64,000 nt of DNA from Hemiscyllium ocellatum (lineage: Eukaryota): NCBI RefSeq assembly GCF_020745735.1, contig NC_083425.1, positions 30,553,575 through 30,617,574 of the forward strand, read 5' to 3'. The first letter of the stretch is position 1. The number at the start of each line of letters is the position of its first letter. A program made the translations under genes and the position numbers. Under the pieces are notes generated by a model, which worked only from the letters and a program-made list of their open reading frames with translations, had not been told where the DNA came from and searched no databases. Shown here piece after piece: positions 38,423 through 51,908 of this stretch.

Positions 38423-39280
38423 TGAGTCAAAGAGTGTAGTGCTGGAAAAGCACAGCAAGTCAGGCAGCATCCTAGGAGCAGGAGAGTCAACACTTCAAGC
38501 ATAAGCTCTTTACCAGAAATGAGGGGTGGCCCAAAGGGGCTGAGGGATAAATGGGAGGGTGGTAGGGATGGGGGGAAGGTAATGAAAATGTGATAGGCAA
38601 ATGAAGTTGGGAGAGAAGGTGATAGGTCAGGGAGGAGGGTGGAGTGAATAGGTGCCCTTCCATACATGCCATCTACTGTATCTGTTGCTCCTGATGTGGT
38701 CTCCTGTACATTATGGCCTACTTGCAGAACGCATCAGAGAACATCTCTGGGATACACGCATAAAACAACCCCACCACCCTGTGGCCGAACACTTTAACTT
38801 CCCCTCCCACTCCGCCAAGGACATGCAGGTCCTGGGCCTCTTCCACCACCAAACCTTTACCATCTGATGCCTTGAGAAAGAATGCTTCATCTTCCACCTT
38901 GCATCCCTCCAACCACATGGGATCAATGTGAATTTCACCAGTTTCCTCATCTCCTCTCCCCCATCTTATCCCAGATCAAACCTTCCAACTTGGCACCACC
39001 CTCTTGATCTGTCCTACCTGTCCATCTTCCTTCCCACCCATCCACTCCACCCTCCTCTCTGACTCATCACCTTCACCCCCAACTTCATCTACCTATCACA
39101 TTCTCAACTATCTTTCCTCCCCTCCCATTAATCACTCAGCCACCCCCTCATTCCTGATGAAAAGCTTATGTTCGAAATGTCAATTCTCCTGCTCCTTGGA
39201 TGCTGCCTGACCGGCTGTGCTTTTCCAGCACCACAATCTTCAACTCTGATCTCCAGCATCTGCAGTGCTCATTTTCTCCC
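38423..39280 (+). mobile_element. PLE fragment with inverted terminal copy (38423-38654 minus; 38655-39280 plus)
   Basis: GIY-YIG remnant (ERIREHL...PVAEHFN.PSH), CTGATGA at 39154. Flanks attgagac(a/t)ac at 38412-38422 and 39282-39292. Confidence 0.85.
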
Positions 39281-39364
39281 AATTGAGACTACACAGCTAA
39301 CCAACCCTTGCAATGGAATTATAGACAAGTTTAATGCAAAAAAAAAGATTGGTAGATGGACACC

Positions 39365-40180
39365 ATAGTTATTGTTTGCCAATGTGTCCTTAATTGAGAA
39401 AAGTTATAATTGAGTTAGAAGCAGTTCACAGTAGTTTCCCTTGACTCATTCCTGGCGATGAAGGGGTTGTCTTCTGAAGAAAGATTGAACAATTGGACCA
39501 ATACCCATTGGAATTTAGAAGTATGTGAGGTAACCATATATAAAATCTGAGGGGACTTGACAGGGTGGACATTGAGAGGATGTTTTCTGTTGTAGGGGAG
39601 AACTGAACCAGGGACAATGTCCAAGAATAATGAGTCTCACTTTCAATGAGGAGAGAATATTTTTCTCTTTGACAAATCTTAGGTTGTGGAATTCACTTCC
39701 ACAGAGTGTAATGGTGGTTGGGTCAATTACGAACACAGAACAGTACAGCAGAGGAACTGGCCCTTTGGCCCACCATGTCTGTGCCAACCATGATGCCATT
39801 CTAAACTAATCCCATCTGCCTGTACATAGTCTGTATCCTTCTATTTCCCCATGTTCATGTGTCTGTCTAAATGCCCCTCAAACATTTCTATTGTGTCTGC
39901 TTCTACCATCTCCCCGGCAATGTATTTCAGGCATCAACGACTTTTGTGTAAAATAACCCATCTTGCATATTTCCTTTTGTGGTGACCAGAACTGCTGATA
40001 AATAAATTAAGACAGATAGTGTTAGATAGATTTTTGATAGACAAGGGGGTCAAGAGTAATGGTTGACAGACAGAAGCATTCAGTTGACACCACAAAGCAA
40101 TCAGTCATGACCTTATTCAATTGTAGAGCAGGCCTAAGGGGCTGAATGGCCTACTCCTATTCCTAAATCCCATGTTCCTA
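39365..40180 (+). mobile_element. Old CR1 3' fragment with an inverted CR1-tail insertion at about 39730-39995
   Basis: CR1 C-terminal motifs and 3' UTR (gaatggcctactcctattcct). Confidence 0.7.
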
Positions 40181-40999
40181 GATTTCTAGTCAACTTTGCA
40201 GGCACTGAAAATTAACCATTACCACTATGGAGTCTCATCCTTCAAATTTTAATTGTTGATGGAGATTTTAAAATGTAAAATGACAAACGTTTACTTCTAT
40301 TTAATTAAATCTTCTTTTCCTTGTCTTTATCTATCTTTTTGTCTTTACCTTGACATTGAATTCATCTACATTAAATTGCACTTCCTTTCAATAATTGCGC
40401 TATTAATTTCAGAATTGTTCAATCTGTTTGGTTAAGGAGACACACAGATACCAATATCTTGATACCTGGGTCTGAATGGACCATGGGTACTTTTTAACAT
40501 TCAATTTGTAGAGCAAAACCACTGTCAATGTTAAATGGAACGAGCTAGTCTAATCAACAGTGGTGGTGTTTATTTGCCTGCCACAAGAAGTTTTTGGCCA
40601 TTATTTCCAAGCACACTATGTTTTGATTGATATTTTCATACATTCAGTCAGGGCATAATATTAGGGATCTGATTGTTTGTATGTTATTTATTCAAATGCA
40701 TTTGGGCAGAATATGCCCATGAGCCTCTTTAATACATTGAAGAGTGTTGAACACATACCCTAGTCCTGTTTGGTTATTGCTGATATAAGGACTGAATAAG
40801 TTTTCAGTTCTGAATACAGTCTGCCCTTTATCTTCACTGTCAGGCATCGAATTCAATCCCTGAAGTGTAAGGTTCGCCTCAACAAGATTTGTATAATGTT
40901 GTACTCAATGTCAATGCTGTGCAAGATACAGAATAATGTAAGCATTATTCCTCAAATGTTCAAATTTACTTGGAGAACATCAGTTGTACAACTTTATTT

Positions 41000-42380
41000 A
41001 GGAAGTGAAGGTGACAAAAATCAGGTAAATCTGAGGACAGTTTGCTTAGTGTCTGTTATTATTAAAATGTTAGAGTCTAATAGAAAGGATTAAATAACAC
41101 AGCATTTAGAAATCCACCGTATAATCAAGTAAAATCAGCATGGCTTCATGAAGGGGAAATAAGATTTAGAATATAGCAGAATGTATTACAATTCTTTGAG
41201 GAGGTAACAAGGGAGAGTGTGGATATAATATACTCGGATTTTCAGAAGATGTTTGAAGATGCACCACACATTAGGCTACTTAAGAGCTCATGATGTTGGT
41301 GGTGGTATATTAGCATGGATAATAAATGGAAACTCATAAAAGACAGGGTTGGGCTAAGAGGACATTTTCAGGAAGCTGTAAGTAGCAGAGTGCCACAGGG
41401 ACCCGTGCTTGGGGCCACAGTTAATGCCAATATATATTCACGAGTTGGATGAGAAAAATGAATGTACTGTAGCCAAGTACACAAAACTATGTGGGAAGGC
41501 AATGGATGAGGATAACACAAAGATTCGACAGAGTGAGATATAGATAGATTAAGCGAATGGGCAAAATCTTGGACGATGGAATATAATGTTGGAAAATATA
41601 AGATTATGCATTTTGGCAGGAAAAATAGAGGAGCTAAATTTTATTTAAGTGAAGAAAGAATGCAGAAAGCTACGGAATGGAAGGATTTCTCATTTGTGAA
41701 TCACTAAAAGCTTGAATCACTAAAAGCTAGCATCAAAGTTCAATGGGTGATAGGGAAGGCAAATGAAACGTTGGCCATTATTTCAAAGTGAATAGAGTAT
41801 AAAAGTAGGAGGATTTTTCTAAAACTGTACAAAGCACTAGTATAGTTGGAAAACTGTGAAGAGTTTTTGGCATTATCTAAGGAAAGATATACCGGCATGG
41901 AGATATCAGAGAAGGTTCACTTGGCTATGGAGGGGCTATCTTAAGAGGAGAGATTGAGCAGATTATGTCTGTACTCATTGGAATTTAGAAGAATGAGAAT
42001 AGACCTAATTGAAACATGCAAGAGTCTTAGGGCATAAGGCAGGATGATGAAGAAAGGCTATTTCCGTTTGTGGGAGAGTCTAGGACCAGTGGAATAATCT
42101 CACAAATAGGATCGCAAATTTAAGACAGAGATAAGAAAGACCTCCATCGCTTAAAGGCTAGAGAATCTGTGGAATTCTTTACTACAGAGGGCATTTGAGA
42201 TTTGGTCATTAAGCATATTTAAGACTGAGATAGACAGATTGCTATTCAGGAAGGGAATCAAAAGTTATGGGGCAAAGGCAGGAAAGTGGAATTGGGGATT
42301 ATCAGATTAGCCAAAATCTCATTAAATGGCAGAGCAGACTCAATGGGCTGTATAGCTGACTTTTTCCTATGTCTTATGAT
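41000..42380 (+). mobile_element. Degraded CR1 RT and 3' fragment
   Basis: QHGFMKGK, FFEEVT, VPQGPVLG and W.MEYNVGK motifs plus 3' UTR. Confidence 0.8.
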
Positions 42381-42404
42381 CTCATGGTCTTAAAAAGTCA
42401 AAGA

Positions 42405-43210
42405 TGAATAATTTAGATGAATGTGAGGTGCTGCATTTTGGAAAGGCAAATCAGGGATGGACATAAACACTTAATAGTCGGGTCCTGGGGAGTGCGGCTG
42501 AAAAAAGAGACATTAGAGCACAGATTCATAGTTCCTTGCAAGTAGAGTCACAGGTAGACAGGATAGTAAAGAAGGTGTTGGTGTGCTTGACTTTCTTGGT
42601 CAGAACATTGAGTATAGGACTTGGGAGATCATGTTGCAGTTCTACTCAGCATTGGTTAGACCACTTTTGAAATACTGCATTCAATTCTGATCTCCCTGTT
42701 GGGGAAGGATGTTGTGAAACTTGAAAGGGTTCAGAAAAGCATGTTGCCATGGTTGGAGGGTTTGAGCTATAGGGAGAGGCTGAATAAGCTGGGGCTATTT
42801 TCCCTAGAGCATTGGAGGCTAATGGTATGACCTTACAGGTGTTTATGTTCATGTTACCCACATTTGTGTTGAAAACGTCCTCCATGGAACCAGAGAACTT
42901 GCATGAGCAAATATGATTCTATGTGTGATCACATAATGAGAGGTGATCTTAATGAAACATACAGCAGGATAACAGGAAGGATGCTGAAAGAATATTTTCC
43001 CTTGTGAGCCACGTTGTCACGTTTTTAAAATAAAGAGGGCCCCATTTAAAATGGAGTTTAAGAGCAATTTCTTCTTTCAGAAATACGATAATCTTTGGAA
43101 TTCTCTTCAGCAGAAAGCATTGAAAACTTAAGTCATTAAATACAATCAAAGCTGAGAATGCCAGACTTTTGTTCTGCAGAGTGTCAAGGGTTATGGGAGG
43201 AAAGTGAAGG
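42405..43210 (+). mobile_element. CR1 fragments
   Basis: CEVLHFGKANQG, ESQVDRIVKK, LVRPLL.YC; similar to 35880-36320. Confidence 0.75.
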
Positions 43211-43225
43211 CCATGATGGAAAGTT

Positions 43226-43902
43226 GGTAATGTAGTGGAAATGTCGTTGGAATAATAGTTCACAGGCACAACGTAATGCTCTGGGGACATAGGTTCAATT
43301 GCCACCAAAGCAGCTGTGGGCTTTAAGTTCAATTAATCAAATCTGTAATTGAAAGATAATCAGCAATAATGAAGATCATGAAACTATCTTTGACTGTTGC
43401 AAAATCCCATCTTGTTACTGAGGAAAGCTGCACGGTGGCACAAAGGGCGGCACGGTGGCACAAAGGGCGGCACGGTGGCACAGTGGTTAGCACTGCTGCC
43501 TCACAGCGCCAGGGACCTGGGTTCAATTCCCACCTCAGGCGACTGACTGTGTGGAGTTTGCACGTTCTCCCCGTGTCTGCGTGGGTTTCCTCCGGGTGCT
43601 CCGGTTTCCTCCCACAGTCCAAAGATGTGCGGGTCAGGTGAATTGGCCATGCTAAATTGCCCCTAGTGTTAGGTAAGGGGTATATGTAGGGGTATGGGTG
43701 GGTTGCGCTTCGGCGGGTCGGTGTGGACTTGTTGGGCTGAAGGGCCTGTTTCCACACTGTAAGTAATCTTACCTGCATGTAACTCCAGATCCACAATAAC
43801 TCTTAACTGACTGCTGAAATAGCCTAGAAAGTTATTCAATTCAGTGGGATTTAGAGATGAGCAATAGATATTAGTCTTGCCACTGATCTCATGAAAGAAT
43901 AA
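43226..43902 (+). mobile_element. Older tRNA-like SINE of another family, split by a young HE1-type SINE
   Basis: Head ...ggacataggttcaattgccacc; 3' part resumes at about 43770 and ends catgaaagaataaa. Confidence 0.45.
43430..43769 (+). mobile_element. Young HE1/V-type SINE with a tandemly repeated 5' end
   Basis: (gcacggtggcacaaagggcg)x2 followed by gcacggtggcacagtggttagc; box B ggttcaattcc. Confidence 0.93.
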
Positions 43903-43903
43903 A

Positions 43904-44178
43904 TGGGTGGCATGATGGCACAGTGGTTAGCACTGTGAGACCCGGGTTCAATTCTCACCTCAGACAACTGTGTGGAATTTGCACATTTTCCCTGTGTCTG
44001 CGTGGGTTTCCTCCAGGTACTCTGGTTTCCCCCCATAGTCCAAAAATGTGCAAGTTACGTGAATTGGCCATGCTAAATTGCCCGTAGTGTTAGGTGAAGG
44101 GGTAAATGTAGGGTGGGTTGCTCTTCGGACAGTTGGTGTGGACTTGTTGGGCCGAAGGGCGTGTTTCCACACTAAGTA
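43904..44178 (+). mobile_element. HE1/V-type SINE
   Basis: gggtggcatgatggcacagtggttagcac...cccgggttcaattc... Confidence 0.9.
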
Positions 44179-46080
44179 AAACCAAATTAGCTTTGAGCCA
44201 ATTTCCTACACCTACTCCTATTTCTTATGTGTTTATAAAACTTTGATATTTAAGGAATTTGCTGAGAGGAGAACCATCACGATCTGACTGTGACATTTTA
44301 AATAAGGGCATCACCCCCTTCTCAGGGAATATAGGACAATGTTTTCTGCCTTACTAACACCGGGGTTATCCGACACACAGAGTAAGAAAAAAAAAACACA
44401 GGGTGGAACAGCAGGAAAATAGCCCTCACTATCTTTCCCTTTTACTTTGCTGTGCTATTAGTTAAATAGGAATAATAGTTAGCATAATATGTTTTAAATT
44501 GGGTTTGGGCCATTAATAGGGTGCGTGCAGCATTTACCTTGAACAGGAGACTTGAGATGTCCTCGATGTTGATTCCTGGCTCTAGTTTATATTATTTAGG
44601 GGAACTATCAACACCGGTCCTGCATCCACATACATCTCTTCTGCGTAACACTTTTAAATGTTCTGCAAATTTCTCCATTGGTCAAAAGTATTTCCAGAAT
44701 TGGGAGACAACAGTAGCAATGTAGTTGGTGATTGTGAAGACAGTGGATTTAGAGAACCATCCTGCCCCTCTTGTTTTCATACAAAATAATCTTGAACTTT
44801 TTTTCAAAAAAATGCTTTTTATTTGCTTCTTTCTCTTAATATAAGTTGTTGTTGCTCGTAAACTGCAGTAGCAGCTTAAGAATCCAGAGAAGGATAAACG
44901 CAATTCCTGCTCTGAACATTGTAAACAGATTTTTGTAGGATGGCTTAAAATAGACACTAGGTCCTTCAGTTACATAAATACAGTTTGGAAAAAGGTCAAA
45001 CCCAAATTTATATCATGCCAACACTAAGCTATATTAAAATGCACCTTATAAACATCCTTGGGGTGCATTGGTTGCTTAAACTGGACCTCATTTTGTCTAA
45101 TTTACATCTATTATCTGAGTAGAATGTGAACTAATTTCTACCAATGCAATGTTTTTTACTTTAATTCTCAAAAATTATTTTTCAATTTTCATAGAGTCTG
45201 GGAGACTTGGTGAAGGAATGACTATGACAGTGGGATCCAATTTCAAAATCTCCAACCTCATTGTCAGAGTTTTTGGTTTTTAATTAGTGCCTTTAAGGTG
45301 TGACCTCATTTCGTTCACGAGCCTGCACTCTAAATGTCTAATGTAGCCAAAGCCTTGTAGAGATAGGCATGTCAACCTGTATAGAGTCAGGCCAGATTTT
45401 AAAGTACTTGTGGTTCATGAGCCCTCTGAAATGTCATGAACTATAGTCTGGATGAAGGAATCTTTTGTAAGATAAGTTGGAACACTCTTAAAAATGATCC
45501 CATGCCAATCTATGCCTCTGCACCCTCACCCTATGGTACAATGTGCCTTCAATGACATCTGATGCCCCTCTATCCCTCTACCGATGGCCCACCCAAGTCA
45601 ATCTATGACATTTACATGCTCTTTCAGCCACTATATAATCTGTATAAAACTTAACGATAATAGGATGTATTAAAAAAAACTTTAAAAGTCTTTCACTACA
45701 GCTCATTAAAAGTGTCAATTATCCATACCCCTTAAAATCTCAATATCAGAAATTTCAAGCACTTCCAAACTCTTTATCTTGCGAACATAATAAACATCGT
45801 GAAATTTATAGACTAACTCAGAGAGCTGAAGCTGTCAACACTGCAATGTTATTCCTGGGGATCAGCTGTTCGTATGTTTTAATGGATGTCTGACTCTCAG
45901 CAAGAATCATTATGCAATTCTAGACATGAGGTAGCATGGAAGGGGACTGTGTGTGTTGGGACAGGAGCAATATGGGTGGGAGTGATGTGAATCCAAGTTA
46001 TGTCTCTGCAGCCTGTTTTAACTGAGACTCCATAAAGGTTTGAAAAGAAAAATGTTTTTTTTAACCAAAAATTTAAAAAG

Positions 46081-46182
46081 AAACAAACACAGAAATTGCT
46101 GGAGAAACTAGGTAGGTCTGGCAGGATCTGTGGAGTGAGGCAGCAGAGTTAATGTTTGAGATCCAGTGACCCTTCTTCAGAG
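46081..46182 (-). mobile_element. Short PLE-terminus element (second family) whose 5' end is at the hammerhead
   Basis: Minus strand ct-CTGAAGA-a-gggtc-actg-gatct-CAAA-catt-aactc. Confidence 0.65.
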
Positions 46183-46289
46183 TTAAAAAAGGAGCCTTGT
46201 CTCTGATGAGAATTGAATAGGTCCAGTTGGCATTGGTTTTATGCCTTGCAACATAGATGCAAAAGTGACATGAAATTAGCAAGGGATGA

Positions 46290-46387
46290 TAATAGCATAA
46301 GAAGGGTTCATGCCCGAAACGTCGACTCTCCTGCTCCTTGGATGCTGCCTGACCTGCTGCGCTTTTTCAGCAACACATTTTCAGCTC
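46290..46387 (+). mobile_element. ~100-nt PLE-terminus insertion starting inside the hammerhead core, 24-bp TSD
   Basis: gaagggttcatgccc-GAAA-cgtc-gac... Flanks tgacatgaaattagca(a/t)gggatga at 46266-46289 and 46388-46411. Confidence 0.85.
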
Positions 46388-49300
46388 TGACATGAAATTA
46401 GCATGGGATGAACATAATGCTTGCCTTTACATCTGTCGTCATCACAATATAATGCCCCCAAGCAAGTGTGAAAGGGATGATACATCGGTGCATTAGAATT
46501 ATGCAAATTACGATTTACATAATCTTTTACCAGTGCTTCCAATTTCCTGACACAATTTAATGTGTTTTTTTGTGTTTGGTACCACATTTGCTATGTTTGC
46601 TTCTGCAATAGTACAAGATCTATTGCTAGCCACACAACTGAAATCAAAACCATAGATACTGCAATTGTTCTGATTCTCTCAGCAATTAGCATTTTCACTG
46701 CCTCTGGGCTTCTTTATGCAGAATCACAGCACCTCTGCTTAGGGAAAGCAGACTGCATGCAGTATGTGTCGAAATTTTTGAGCTATTACAAAATCACTTG
46801 CCTTGGTTAAGTTCTCCAGTGTCAAAGCAAATTGCTTGTTAAAAATCTCTTTTTATTAACAATGCATCATATTTGCATTATATGTTTAATGTAATAGTAC
46901 ACAAAGGTTTCTTACATTTTGGCTTATAGAATTTCTGTGCCTGATATTTTCTATTATTGAACAAGGTTTATTCAGAGTTTTCCTTGTAGTCAGATGCTGC
47001 CTGTGGTACAGGTTCCTGATATACTATCTAACAATATTGGAGCTTCCTTATTTCAGGTTGGTGAGACATTAACAGCTGCAACTCTGTGTGCAGACTGTTT
47101 CCATTATAAGCCAACTGATAACAGAGGAATAATGTTGCCTAATATTATAAGCTGTACATTGACACAGAGCGAATGCTTCAGACAGGGCTACGTAATTTCT
47201 CAAAGTAAGAAATGAAACAACTTATTGTATGTGACAAAGGTGTCACTATATCATACATAATGTCTGCATCTTATTAATTGTATTGCCACCAAAATACACT
47301 ATCATGCATAAAATCTGATCTGATACTGCATGGTAAAATAAAGCATCAGGAATATTGCAGCTTTATTTCTGTAAATCTTATGACTCGGGTTCATTAAACT
47401 GACAGAATCTGCTTTGCCATGTCCTCCCAATTATTGTCTCACATCTTTCCATTGAATCAAAGCAATTAACATGTTGGATTTCAACCACAATATTGTTTTT
47501 GAAGTAATAAATGCAGTATTAAACAACAGTGACAATTTGCTATTTCATTGAGGAGGCTGTGCTTCTATTGTGTATGCCTTTTCACATTATTTACTGATAG
47601 GGGGATTATTTTTCTCCCAAACCAACCCAGAGAAGATATCCCATGAAACTTATTGTAGAGCATGTAGGGAGAGCACTCAATGACCACCGAAAGTCAGTAG
47701 CTGTTTTGCTGCAGCGCATACCACTGAGCAGCTCATTTGAGGAGGAAGGTAAACAGTGAGCAACAACTGAGAGGGAAACAGATTGTGAATGAATTAGAAG
47801 AATAATTGGAGAAGCAAAGATAATTTGATGTGAGAGGAAAGACACAACAGCAAGGAAAATAGGACACAAAGAAAATTGTATAATAGCAACCAGCCCTTTC
47901 AGGCATTATGCAGTCTACGTCCACCATCAATTCTCTCCACTGCCATTCACACAATAAAGATCAATTTAGCAGCCAAATTGCTTTTGCAGGGTTTAAAATT
48001 GGTTGGCAATTCTTGATTGCCCGATTTGCCCCCCTGCTCAAGACCAATTTGATCTCGCATAGTTGGTAAATTGCCATAACTACAAGTTAACTTTAATTAT
48101 TTTGAAAGAAAGCCAGGAGAATCTGTAGGCCTCTGATTGTGAGTTTCAATGCAACAGCAACCTGGTTAATACACAGAGATCCTTTTGAGATTACTACAAA
48201 GTAATGCATTCCATAAACGCAAATCTGTTCCCTGCAGGTGCTGGCTGCATGTACTGATATCAGAGCACTTTGTGGTGCAATCAAAACTAAATGACTGAGC
48301 TAACTGACAGTAGAATTTCTCATCAATCATTGAAACCTTGTCCACATAACTAATGCATGTGTGATAAGCCAAATATTCTACCATTAATGGATCTATTTTT
48401 TAAAAAATTGATTATATGAAGACCATAAATACAGATTATCCATATTTTTTAATACTGCTTAACTAAAGCTATTTTCAAACTGAAGGTAGAAGATGTTAAA
48501 GCAATCAGCATTACCAACATTAATTAGGATTTACAGCCAAACATTAGAAAATAGGTTTGACATTGAAACTGTGATTTGCACAGCATGCATACCTATTTCT
48601 AAAATGACTGAGGATCATAATTTCAAAACCAGGAGTCGTAAAGTGAGCCACAGTGAAGCAAACTTTAGACAAGAAGAGTCCCCCCTTTGAGGTAACAAGT
48701 GTTCTGGTAACACTTAACATCTATGATTGTTTTAGTCTAATTTCGAATTAAAGAAATAATATGGGGACTAACATTTTTTGGACTGAGTGAAGCTGTTTTA
48801 AAACTAATTTGTAAAAAAATTTATTTGCAGTTTCCTGAATCTACCCATTTACATGTTATAAAAGCAATGTACAATTGGAATTGAAGCAACTGAAAATTCA
48901 ATGGTCTTTAAAGTTAACGGCCAGTCCGCACACTTCAGGAGCAGCCTAAGGGCAAGTAAGTAAGAAAAGGAGAATCTATTGCTGTCTCATTCCATTCCGT
49001 AACTTCACTGCATACTTACATATATTTTGTTTTTCTATCATATTTCTGGGACTGTATTACAGTGTAAATATCCATGGCATAAAGTCAGAGAAGAATAGAG
49101 AATTCATTCATTCACAGTTCCAAATAATACTTACCAATCATTAAGCCCCACTGATTAACTAATGCATGTGGCTGAAAAAGGCTTGTTCAGGTTCCTATTT
49201 TACATCCTGTCAATGGAAGCTAAAATCAGTTATAGTTTCACACTGTCTTGAATGAGCCTTATACCCAAAAGGCAGGCAATCCTAACTTGGAAACTTATCT

Positions 49301-50371
49301 GTTAACTTTCACTCCTGTCCTCCCACTGCAGAAGGAAGATGCTGATAGTGAAATGGATGATTAGCAAAAAGCCACCCAAACACCATAGTTGCATGATATT
49401 TTTATGTTTTAGGATACTAGATCTCATGCCAATGGAAGTGAGAAGCAACAATAAACAGTTTCAGAGCAAGTGAACGTATGAGAAGGGTCTTCTGAGTTCC
49501 ATGAACCTTTTGGACAGTATGAAGAACCAACCATCTCCTGCAATGCTGACCCAAAATGGGCACATAGAATAGATGATGTGAAGACATGTGTTTCAGAACC
49601 CAGGGAAGCACAACATATGAAAGGAATAGAGTGATGGTGTATTTAGTATTCATTTGCACTTAAGTAACTTGTGAATATTCAAAATGTTAGTTAAATAAGA
49701 AAGTATGCATTTATTTCATGCCAATTCATGTCACAGTCATGTTCAGGCAGATGTGCTGTCAAGTTGTAGGAGGGCTAGTTAGTTTGATGGAGTGAATTTT
49801 TGTTTGCAAATGGAGTAGAATGATATCAGACTGTAATGTTTAAAGTGGATTGCGTTACACTGAGGCGGAGACTTCAGAGATGAGTAATGATGATTCCTTG
49901 TAATTGTTACTGATAACTCCTCTGATTACTGGTCAAAATAATAATCTTTTCTGTGTAGTTCCGGCTACCGAGCAAGGACCTTCCTGTCAGACACATCAAA
50001 GTACACTCCTCCTGGAACATGAACTTGTGAAAAGTACATGGAAGTATAACTATTCTTACCACCTAATCTGGGAAGCATAACTATACCCCTCTGAACCTGG
50101 GCAGGCAGCAAAAACTTGCTTTAATATCCTGAGTTTTCTATATAATCTTTCCAGTAGAAGCATGTGACTTATTGTAGTGCCTCTCTGTTGCTGTCACTGT
50201 TTGGGTCATTCTAAGAGCAGGGAGAGGCTTTATTATGCATAAATCATCTGTTGATTTGAATCTTTTCACTAAAAGTTTATTCTCAATTCAGTAGGAATGT
50301 CATTGATTGTATCTTACTGTTTTGTAGGATGGATAATTTATATATAATACAGTATGATATACTGCATGATA

Positions 50372-51050
50372 TACCCTGAAGGTTGCTGCACAAGTGGTTA
50401 GAATAGTCAAGAAGGCATATAGTATGCTTGCCTTCAATGGACAGGGTATTGAGTATCAGAGCTGGCAAGTCATGTTAAAATTGTACAAGACATTGGTTCG
50501 GCCGCATTTAGAATACTGTGTACAGTTCTGGTCGCCACATTACCAAAGGGATGTGGACGCTTTGGAGAGAGTGCAGAGAATGTTTACGAGGATGTTGTCT
50601 GGTATGGAAGGTGCTAGCTATGAAGAAAGGTTGACTAGGTTACGTTTATTTTCATTAGAAAAAAGGAGATTGAGGGGGAAGCTGTTTGAGGTTTACAAAA
50701 TTATGAAGGTTATAGACAGGGTGAATAGAGACAAGTTTTTTCCCAGGGTGAAGGATTCAATAACGAGAGGTGGAAAGTTTAAGGGGGATACACGCGATAA
50801 GTACTTCACATAAAGGGTGATGGGCAATTGGAACGTGTAGCCAGCACAGGTGGGAGAGGCAGGCACGGTAGATTCACTTAGGATGCATCTGGACAAATGC
50901 ATGAGTAGGTGGGGAGCAGAGGGATACAAATGTTTAGGAATTGACCGACAAGTTTAGACAGTACATTTGGATTGGCTCGGGCTTGGAGGACCGAAGGGCC
51001 TGTTCTTGGGCTGTAAATTTCCTTTGTTCTCTTTGTACTCTTTGTTCTCT
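50372..51050 (+). mobile_element. CR1 3' fragment
   Basis: ORF 50394-50813 LYKTLVRPHLEYCVQFWSP; 3' UTR with a (tttgttctc)-type tail. Confidence 0.9.
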
Positions 51051-51058
51051 TCATATAA

Positions 51059-51908
51059 TGTAATCTAATTTGGATTTTGAATTTTCAGATAGTGGCATAT
51101 AGATTTTCTGTGCATTTAAAATGGTTAATGATTAATTTAGTATTTTTTAGCCATAGTGATTTATTTTGAAACACAGTATTCGAGAGCAACTTCCTAGAAG
51201 TAATGGGGTTTTGTTTATATTGGGAGAGTTACAAATGGAAAACTTAAATCATTAGACTTTCTGACAGAAGATTCTGGAATTTTTCTTTGGACTTAGGGAA
51301 ACCATCCACAGCTTGAAAAAAAAAGCCTTGCAATTTGGTCATTTATACGAGTCTTGGCTGAAGGTGAATGTGTAAAACAGTTGTTCGAAAGAATTTGAGG
51401 TAGTTATAACTATTATGGAAGAGGTTACCTCTGAGTAAGAAATTTAGTTTAGAGATTCCAGTCCAGAAGTGTTTGGTTAAAACCTTAATGGAGCTATTTG
51501 AAGCTGAGAATATCTGAGCTCAGTTGTATGAAAGAAGCTATCAGATTCTCAAGAATGGGGAATTGAAGTCACAGTTAAATTAAACCCTGTAACTGTGAAA
51601 GAGAAGGAAATTCTCTTTGGCATAAGTACTGTAAAGGAACGTTTTGGGGATTAGTGGGATTATATTTTATCACCCGTTTTGAATTTTTTTATGTTTAAAT
51701 TATATGCAAATAATTTGGTTCATTTTATTTAGATTTATTTCTTGTTTATAATAAACTTCCATTCTACTGTTAAAACCAGGTTTGCAGCACTATGTTTCAG
51801 TGAAAGCCCAGCTTGTTACAAACAGAAAACAAAAATATGATCTATCAAGCCATGTTTCAATCTGGGATCAGGTTCATCCAGTAGCAACATCAGCAAAGAT
51901 CATAAGAC
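51059..51908 (+). mobile_element. Possible solo LTR
   Basis: Begins TGTAAT, has an internal AATAAA (about 51750) followed by an LTR-like 3' region. No TSD or terminal CA seen. Confidence 0.25.

Noticed and set aside
43466-43535. tRNA gene
   Set aside because: The box A/B head runs directly into SINE body and tail; no complete cloverleaf is evident.
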